Of a stretch of DNA of 64,000 bases, positions 54,181 to 64,000 are shown piece by piece. The DNA lies in the NCBI GenBank assembly GCA_964016885.1, contig OZ024760.1, forward strand, positions 27,776,001 to 27,840,000. Reading direction: 5' to 3'. The position numbers and the translations under genes were made by a program. Source of the DNA: Eledone cirrhosa (taxonomy: Eukaryota). The notes under the pieces are model-generated. The model saw nothing but the letters and a program-made list of their open reading frames with translations, had not been told where the DNA came from and searched no databases. Each line of letters starts with the position of its first letter. Position 1 is the first letter of the stretch.

Positions 54181-54251
54181 TTCCTTCTGATGAACGAATT
54201 CAGGCGCTTCTGTTAGAATTGTCTGACTTCGTGAAACCTTGAGTAATGGAA
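54181..54251 (+). ncRNA. Type I hammerhead motif (right arm of palindrome 54049-54286)
   Basis: CTGATGA 54187-54193; extended stem II ACGAA/TTCGT, TCAG/CTGA, TTCT/AGAA; GAAAC 54233-54237; GTA 54243-54245; stem I TTCCTT/ATGGAA with one mismatch. Confidence 0.78.
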
Positions 54252-54595
54252 TAATTATATTGTGTTGTTTATGACATAATAAAATATATATATTTATAGT
54301 GAAGGTGCATGGCTTAGTGGTTAGAGCATTGGGCTTGCAATCGAAAGGTTGTGAGTTCAATTCTCAGACTGGGTGATGTGTTGTTTCCTTGAGCAAGACA
54401 CTTTATTTCACATTGCTCCAGTTTACTCAGCTGTAGAAATGAGTACCAACCTGCCCGCCCGCTTATCTTATGGAAAAAAAGCACATAGCACTCACTGTAA
54501 ATAAGGTTGGGAAGGGCATCCAGCTGTAGAAATCAAGCCAGAATCAGTTCTCGTCCCACCCTTACAAGCAGGGAAAAGCGGATGTGAAATGATGA

Positions 54596-54638
<43 letters not shown>

Positions 54639-55030
54639 GTAATTAGGAGTATTCCAAAGCTTGGTAGAACAAGTTGTGAGGAAAGTTCTCAACATACGTT
54701 AAGGTGACTCGACAGGTTGGTAGGGATTCTGTAGTGGAAACACGAACAAACGAGGAGTGTAATCAAAGAAGAGAAATAGGACGAAGGTAAACAGTTACAA
54801 AAGAATTTAATCTACGTATTAACAATTGTTAAGACGTGGATTAAATCCTTTTGTAACTGCTTACCTTCGTCCTATTTCTCTTTTTTATATATATATATAT
54901 ATAGTTGTTGTATTGTTGCAATAAATGCGTCCGTAGGCGGTATGCCGTTTGAGCACTCAATGCTCGCGCAGAGCAGAGTATATTATTAGAGATAATGAGG
55001 AATCAGTGATGCATTAAAACACAATTTATT

Positions 55031-55129
55031 AACATATTACATATGTTTCTCCGATGATCAGCTCAAGGCAGGATCTATTTTATTACAGATCGAACCTGAC
55101 TCTGTGTTCGCAAGGTCCTCAGATATGTT
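55031..55129 (-). ncRNA. Type I hammerhead motif (left arm of inverted repeat 54988-55505)
   Basis: Minus strand: AACATAT-CTGAGGA-long stem II region-GAAAC-ATAT-GTA-ATATGTT; perfect 7-bp stem I. Confidence 0.7.
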
Positions 55130-55369
55130 TAGTATTTTCAAAGCATTTCATCTGATTGAAATCATTCGATCCATTCCATCGTCTACAATTGACATCATCC
55201 TGTTGATACGGCCTTTTCAGGCAGTGGACGTATTTGACCAGTCAAAGGACGGCGGTGACGCTTGAGATTCTAAACCAATGAGAAGGCCGTATCAACTGGA
55301 TGATGTCAATTGTAGACGATGGAACGGATCGAATAATTTCATTCAGATGAAATGCTTTGAAAGTGCAAT

Positions 55370-55461
55370 ACATATCTGAGGACCTTGCAAATGCAAAGTC
55401 AGGTTCAGTCTGTAATAGGTCCTGCCGTGAGCTACTCATCGGAGAAACATATGTAATATGT
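55370..55461 (+). ncRNA. Type I hammerhead motif (right arm of inverted repeat 54988-55505)
   Basis: ACATAT-CTGAGGA(55376-55382) ... GAAAC(55444-55448)-ATAT-GTA-ATATGT; palindromic ACATATGT stem III. Confidence 0.7.
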
Positions 55462-55520
55462 TAATAAATTGTGTTTTGATGTATCACTGATTCCTCATTA
55501 TCTCTCTCTCTCTCTCTCTC

Positions 55521-57237
<1,717 letters not shown>

Positions 57238-58121
57238 TGTAAGCAACAAGCCAACAATGATCCAGACATATAAGTGACTATACCATCAAGATGAACAAAT
57301 GTTTAACGTAAGATTTGGGATAAGTAATACAATCTTAAAATCAAGAAAAAATACTTAACCGTCAATTTCGGGAAAACTACAAATGCACTATATAGTCTTA
57401 AAAGACTATTTCACGAAAATTTTCAGTGGGGTTAGTTACGTTTGGCATCGATTTTCAGTAGTGTTCAATACATTAACTAAATCTCACTGCTCAAATGCCA
57501 GAGGGGAATTATAAGCAGGCAAGTGAACAGCGTGTAGAATTGAAATAACAAAACACACGTGGACACACGCTAGTGATGCCGGGATGAGACGAAAATCTGT
57601 TTACAAGAAACACCAGTCAAATATATATCATCATCATTTCATTTCATTTTACGTCCGCTTTTTCCCTGCTCGCAAGGGTGGGACGGGAACTGATTCTGGC
57701 TTGATTTCTACAGCTGGATGCCCTTCCTAACACCAACCTCATTTACAGTGAGTGCTGGGTGCTTTTTTGCTGTGGCACCTCCATGACCACTTTGCAGTGG
57801 TCCCTATCATCTCATTTCTACAGCTGAGTAAACTGGAGCAATGTGAAATAAAGTGTCTTGCTCAAGGAAACAACACATCACCCGGTCTGAGAATTGAACT
57901 CACAACCTTTCGATTGCAAAGCCAATGCTCTAACCACTAAGCCATGTGTTTCCATTATATATATATATTTATTAAAATAACAGATTCTTTGCTTAAACTT
58001 TAATCTGTTATTTTAATAAATATTTGCTCTACGGTTTTTATATATATTTATATATATTATCCTTATCGAGCCCTCTTCGGAATTTAGTCTTCACATATAT
58101 TATTATTACTATATATACATC

Positions 58122-58203
<82 letters not shown>

Positions 58204-59364
58204 CTTTTAAGCTTGTTGAATCCCAACAAATTAAATATAACTTCTGCATATATATACTAAGGTTTTAGTCTTCAAATTTATTATTATTACTATATATATA
58301 TATATATATATATATAACGTATCGCCCGGTCCAGGAATCGAGCTGACAACCTCAAGATTCTGAATCCAATTACCTAACCACTCAACCAGACGGTCTTCAC
58401 ATCTATTTTATATATATATATGTATGTATGTATGTATGTATTTATGTCGGGTCACCAGTTGGAGCTACTGGTAACATGTATCCCAGTACAACCTGTCTCA
58501 TGGTCGGGTCGTTGGTGACTAAACTAGCAACCCCACCAAGGTTTCTTGGTGAGGAGGGTGGCTTTGAACATCCTGCAGGACTAAAAACAAAACCTGTCAA
58601 AGGGCAAAAGACCTCTTAAGAGTCAATGGCCATCCAAAATCACCGGGAGAGATGACCCCTTAGCCTTTGTCAAGGCAGAATTCTAGGAGAAGGAAAACTC
58701 TGATATAACACCTGCAACCCTGATGGTATCCAATGATGTTGACTTGTTCTTCTTTTTGGTAAATATCATCTTGGTTAAGAGAGTGGGACTGGCTTTGTGC
58801 AGTGCCTTTGCTCACTATAAAAGCTTCACGGCACAGGCATTGCTTTATATCTGGAGATCTCTCTGCACTTGTCACATGGTACCATGGGCCCAGCACTATG
58901 TGTCAATAATTGTCACAAGTGTAGTGTTTGTACCAGAGTTTTCAAGTCGCTGGCTGGACTAAAAAGTCACACTCGTTCAGCGCATCGGTAGGGGTTCTCC
59001 TACATGGATATAAAGTAGTGGCCGTACTCGAAAACGAGTTGGCAGCCACCATGTATGTATGTATGTATGTATGTATAAAATAGATGTGAGGACCGTCTGG
59101 CTGAGTGGTTAGTTAATTGGATTCACAATCTTGAGGTTGTCAGCTCGATTCCTGGACCGGGCGATGCGTTATGTCCTTGAGCAAGACACTTTATTTCACG
59201 TTGTTCCTTCTACCTGGAGTTGCAACCGATAGATAGTGTTAGCAACTGGAAAGACTAACAGAAACATTGTTTCCTCGATCCGATTTGATGAAAGTCGATC
59301 GATCCTTTTTATATATATATATATATGTCTATGTGTATCTCTGTATTTATATTTGCTATTACAG

Positions 59365-59475
59365 AAAACAGTCCGAGGAATCTTATGTGACCTTTATGAG
59401 TCAATCCGTACTGACTATATTGTTCCAGGTAGAACGACACCAAGTCGGACCGCCATTATATATTACATGTCAAAT
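59365..59475 (+). CDS. Host gene exon 17
   Basis: tattacAG / GTAAGT; phase 0 to 0; KTVRGILCDLYESIRTDYIVPGRTTPSRTAIIYYMSN. Confidence 0.88.
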
Positions 59476-60230
59476 GTAAGTATCTCTCTCTCTATATATA
59501 CCATATTTCCTGGTGTCAAAGATGCTACTTTTTTCCTAAAATAAGTCTTTAAAGTCTACCGTGCGTCCTGGAGACCAAAGGTTGTTTATTATGGCAGTAT
59601 CGGTAGAGGGTCGGACGCCATGCTTTCCAGCATAGTTACGTCCTTTTACAATCTGAGTTCAAATCCCGCTGAGGTTGACTTTGCCTTTCATCCTTACGGG
59701 GTCGATAAAATAAAGTACCAGTAATGCACTGGGTAATTGCTGGCCTTGTGCCTAAAGTAGAAACAATTATTTTTGTGGATTGGCAGTATTGGTAGAGGGT
59801 CAGACGCCATGCTTAGCAGCATAGAGTTACGGCCCTTTATGGTCTGACTTCAAATCCCACCGAGCTTAACTTTGCCTTTCATCCTTATGGGGTTGATAAA
59901 ATAAAGTACCAGTAATACACTTGGATAATTGCTGGCCTTGTGCCAAATGTAGAAACAATTATTTTTTTCTTCAAATTTTTGGTTGTCAAAATTAGTCCAT
60001 GAAGACGAAGCGTCCACCACCACCACCACCACCACTACTACCACCACCTCCATCTCCACCACCACCACCACCACCACCACTACTACCACCACCACCACCA
60101 CCACCACCTCCACCTCCATCTCCACCACCACCACCACCACCTCCATCTCCATCACCACCACAACCACCACCACCACCAACATCACCACAACCACCACCAC
60201 CACCATTGCTACTACTACTACTACTATTAT

Positions 60231-60265
<35 letters not shown>

Positions 60266-60278
60266 TTACTATTTACAG

Positions 60279-60356
60279 GATCTACAGGCTGCAGAAAGCA
60301 GTGAGGTCAACAACATTGGTACTCAACCAATTCTGTTGGAGATTATTTCAGCACCG
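60279..60356 (+). CDS. Host gene exon 18 (gene continues downstream)
   Basis: atttacAG / GTAAGT; phase 0 to 0; DLQAAESSEVNNIGTQPILLEIISAP; P-x-x-LEI motif shared with exon 8. Confidence 0.82.
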
Positions 60357-60451
60357 GTAAGTTGAAGATTTCTATTTTTGGTAAAATATAGAACTGACCA
60401 TAGTCCCCCCCCCCCCCCCCCCCCGCCCTCTCTCTCAATATATATATATAT

Positions 60452-60940
60452 ACCTGGAGAGAAATGAAGCAAGCATGCTCTGTTGGATGTGCAATGTCAA
60501 TGTACGTGAACGACCAAGCATAGATGAGTTGAGAGAGATATTTTTCTCTACTTCAAAATGGCGTGGTAAGAGAGTCAATCCATGTATTATGATAAGCAAA
60601 GAAAAATAACAGATTTCTATTAGAGTTGAGAGAGAAACTGGGATAAACTGTAGTGTGCAGGAGAGAAGACTGCGATGGTATGGACATGTGATGCACATGG
60701 AGGATGACCGCTGGGTAAAGAAGTGCCAAGAAATCCCAGTAGAAGGAAGACGCAGTAGAGGAAGACCACAGAAAACATGGGCGGAGGTGGCGAGAGCAGA
60801 CCTCAGATTGCTGAAACTCACGGTGGAGATGACAAAGGACCACGACGAATGGAGAGATGCTGTGCTGAATAGGACCCATCCCCGCCCTTGCAAGCATGGA
60901 AAAGCAGACGTAAAATGATGATGATGTTGATGATGATGAT
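60452..60940 (+). mobile_element. RTE LINE 3' fragment with 84-bp internal insert
   Basis: ORF 60655-60918 [20 protein letters not shown]; (ATG)n tail. Confidence 0.88.
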
Positions 60941-61193
60941 GACCTATATATATTATACACAGGTGGAAGCTTTGTAAAATCGAACATCTATATATATATA
61001 TTTCTTTAATAAGCTCCATTGCTGTTGCCATCTCTTGGAAAACTGTTGGTGTTCTGTGTATGATATACTTTTTTTTGAAAAGGTGTCAGAAGTCTGCTGA
61101 GCTTTTGATTCCAGAGTCGGGCTAGATCAATACAGAATTGAGCTGATCAGATTGAACCTTGAGCTGATCAATAGCAAAACGCATGTCACTACT

Positions 61194-63280
61194 CAATAAA
61201 CGTAATCAATAAACGTAATGAATAAACATAATGAATAAACGTAATCAATAAACGTATTCAATAAACGTAATGAATAAACGTAATGAATAAACGTAATCAA
61301 TAAATGTAATGAATAAACGTAATCAATAAACATAATGAATAAACGTAATGAATAAACGTAATCAATAAACGTAATCAATAAACGTAATGAATAAATGTAA
61401 TCAATAAACGTAATGAATAAACGTAATCAATAAATGTAATGAATAAACGTAATGAATAAACGTAATCAATAAACGTAATGAATAAACGTAATGAATAAAC
61501 GTAATCAATAAACATAATGAATAAACGTAATGAATAAACTTAATGAATAAACGTAATGAATAAACGTAATGAATAAACGTAATGAATAAACATAATCAAT
61601 AAACGTAATCAATAAACGTAATGAATAAACGTAATGAATAAACGTAATGAATAAACGTAATGAATAAACGTAATGAATAAACGTAATGAATAAACGTAAT
61701 GAATAAACGTAATGAATAAACGTAATCAATAAACGTAATCAATAAACGTAATGAATAAACGTAATGAATAAACGTAATCAATAAACGTAATTAATAAACA
61801 TAATGAATAAACGTAATGAATAAACGTAATGAATAAACGTAATGAATAAACGTAATGAATAAACATAATGAATAAACGTAATGAATAAACGTAATGAATA
61901 AACGTAATGAATAAACGTAATGAATAAACGTAATCAATAAACGTAATGAATAAACGTAATGAATAAACGTAATCAATAAACGTAATGAATAAACGTAAGG
62001 AATAAACGTAATCAATAAACATAATGAATAAACGTAATGAATAAACGTAATGAATAAACGTAATGAATAAACGTAATGAATAAACATAATGAATAAACGT
62101 AATGAATAAACGTAATCAATAAACGTAATGAATAAACGTAATGAATAAACGTAATCAATAAACATAATGAATAAACGTAATGAATAAACGTAATGAATAA
62201 ACGTAATGAATAAACGTAATGAATAAACGTAATGAATAAACGTAATGAATAAACGTAATGAATAAACGTAATGAATAAACGTAATCAATAAATGTAATGA
62301 ATAAACGTAATCAATAAACGTAATCAATAAACGTAATCAATAAACATAATCAATAAACGTAATGAATAAACGTAATGAATAAACGTAATGAATAAACGTA
62401 ATGAATAAACGTAATGAATAAACGTAATGAATAAACGTAATGAATAAACGTAATCAATAAACGTAATCAATAAACGTATTCAATAAACGTAATGAATAAA
62501 CGTAATGAATAAACGTAATGAATAAACGTAATGAATAAACGTAATGAATAAACGTAATCAATAAATGTAATGAATAAACGTAATCAATAAACGTAATCAA
62601 TAAACATAATCAATAAACGTAATGAATAAACGTAATGAATAAACGTAATGAATAAACGTAATGAATAAACGTAATGAATAAACGTAATGAATAAACGTAA
62701 TGAATAAACGTAATGAATAAACGTAATCAATAAACGTAATCAATAAACGTAATCAATAAACGTAATGAATAAACGTAATGAATAAACGTAATGAATAAAC
62801 GTAATGAATAAACGTAATGAATAAACGTAATGAATAAACGTAATGAATAAACGTAATGAATAAACGTAATCAATAAACGTAATCAATAAACGTATTCAAT
62901 AAACGTAATGAATAAACGTAATGAATAAACGTAATGAATAAACGTAATGAATAAACGTAATGAATAAACGTAATGAATAAACGTAATCAATAAATGTAAT
63001 GAATAAACGTAATCAATAAACGTAATCAATAAACGTAATCAATAAACATAATCAATAAACGTAATGAATAAACGTAATGAATAAACGTAATGAATAAACG
63101 TAATGAATAAACGTAATCAATAAACGTAATCAATAAACGTATTCAATAAACGTAATGAATAAACGTAATGAATAAACGTAATCAATAAACGTATTCAATA
63201 AACGTAATGAATAAACGTAATGAATAAAAGTAATGAATAAACGTAATGAATAAACGTAATCAATAAACGTAATGAATACA
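61194..63280. repeat. 13-bp minisatellite AATAAACGTAAT(G/C)
   Basis: About 160 units. Confidence 0.97.
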
Positions 63281-64000
63281 TAACAAATTATCCTTATCAT
63301 GGTGGATTGGCAGTATCATTAGAGAGTCGGACGCCATACTTTGCAGCATAGTTACGGCCCTTTCCATTCTGAGTTCAAATCCCGCCGAGGTTAACTTTGC
63401 CTTTCATCTTTATAGGATCGATAAAATAAAGTACCAGTAATGTACTGGGATATTTGCTGGCCTTGTGCCAAAAGTAGAAACAATTATTATTATTATTATT
63501 ATTACACTCTGCTTAGTACTACACCTCTTTACAGACTGGAAACTACGTGTTGAGTGCTGACCCTGGTGAACCTACAGTAACTGGACGTTGCAATCCCCCC
63601 CCCTCTCTCTCTCTATTAGCTCACATGATCAAAAGGTCAGCATCAGCATCACTGTTTAACATCTGTGTGATGTGTCAGGCTCTGAAAACATGGTTCCGTT
63701 GTGAGAGGGGTTCGGCGCGACGAACTGGCCTGTCCCTCATAACGGAGCCATCCAGTTCCACACTGTAAACGTGGTTGGTGTTTAGGAAGGGCATCCAGCT
63801 GTAAAATACCCACCCAAATTTACAGTCCTCACCAGAGCAAGGTGCGACACATGGCCAACCTTGGCCAGAGTTGCCTCCAGGCGTGGGCGACCAGTCAAAC
63901 CCATGCAAACGTGGAAAAATAGATGTTAAACGGAAATGATGATAGTGGTGATGATGATGGTGATGATGATACATCTATGTATATAAAACTGAGGATGTCT

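Larger units (their letters stand above)
54049..54286. repeat. Palindrome with mirror hammerheads
   Basis: Centre tttatttgga-aa-tccaaataaa at ~54167; arms about 118 bp. Confidence 0.92.
54988..55505. repeat. Long inverted repeat (about 230-bp arms, 60-nt spacer) with mirror hammerheads
   Basis: gataatgaggaatcagtgat... / ...atcactgattcctcattatc; arms colinear in reverse complement. Confidence 0.92.

Noticed and set aside
57352-57435. Hammerhead-like trace on the - strand
   Set aside because: The core reads CTGAAAA and the cleavage triplet and stem I are not convincing
58446-58545. HDV-like ribozyme
   Set aside because: A P3-like hairpin (ACC/GGT) is present but I could not assign P1, P2 or P1.1
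63535-63600. Possible exon 19 after a good acceptor (ctctttacAG)
   Set aside because: TGNYVLSADPGEPT does not resemble the expected exon 9 paralogue (YNFFDF..FD.S.C) and the donors are weak

Overview
Eukaryotic, repeat-rich intronic DNA, most likely from an octopod cephalopod (inferred from the SINE, RTE and microsatellite content). The long ORFs in the ORF track are almost all tandem-repeat artefacts. The real coding content is (1) the middle of one + strand gene, read here as 18 phase-compatible exons (802-60356, about 751 codons, no start or stop in the window), encoding tandem ependymin/LolA-like repeats, a SEA-like segment and a PAN/Apple module, and (2) a near full-length, frameshifted Tx1/L1-clade retrotransposon (38240-43853, - strand), plus RTE and R4/Dong-type fragments. 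The introns also hold tRNA-derived SINEs, a Helitron-like element, and hAT- and piggyBac-type MITEs whose interiors have expanded into kb-scale minisatellites. The most striking unexplained signal is a set of at least 12 well-formed (plus several degenerate) minimal type I hammerhead ribozyme motifs from several unrelated sequence families. They lie mostly next to (TA)n tracts and often in mirror-image pairs inside long fold-back palindromes, consistent with Penelope-like or retrozyme-type elements. All calls were made by eye; repeat boundaries are approximate and no database search was run.
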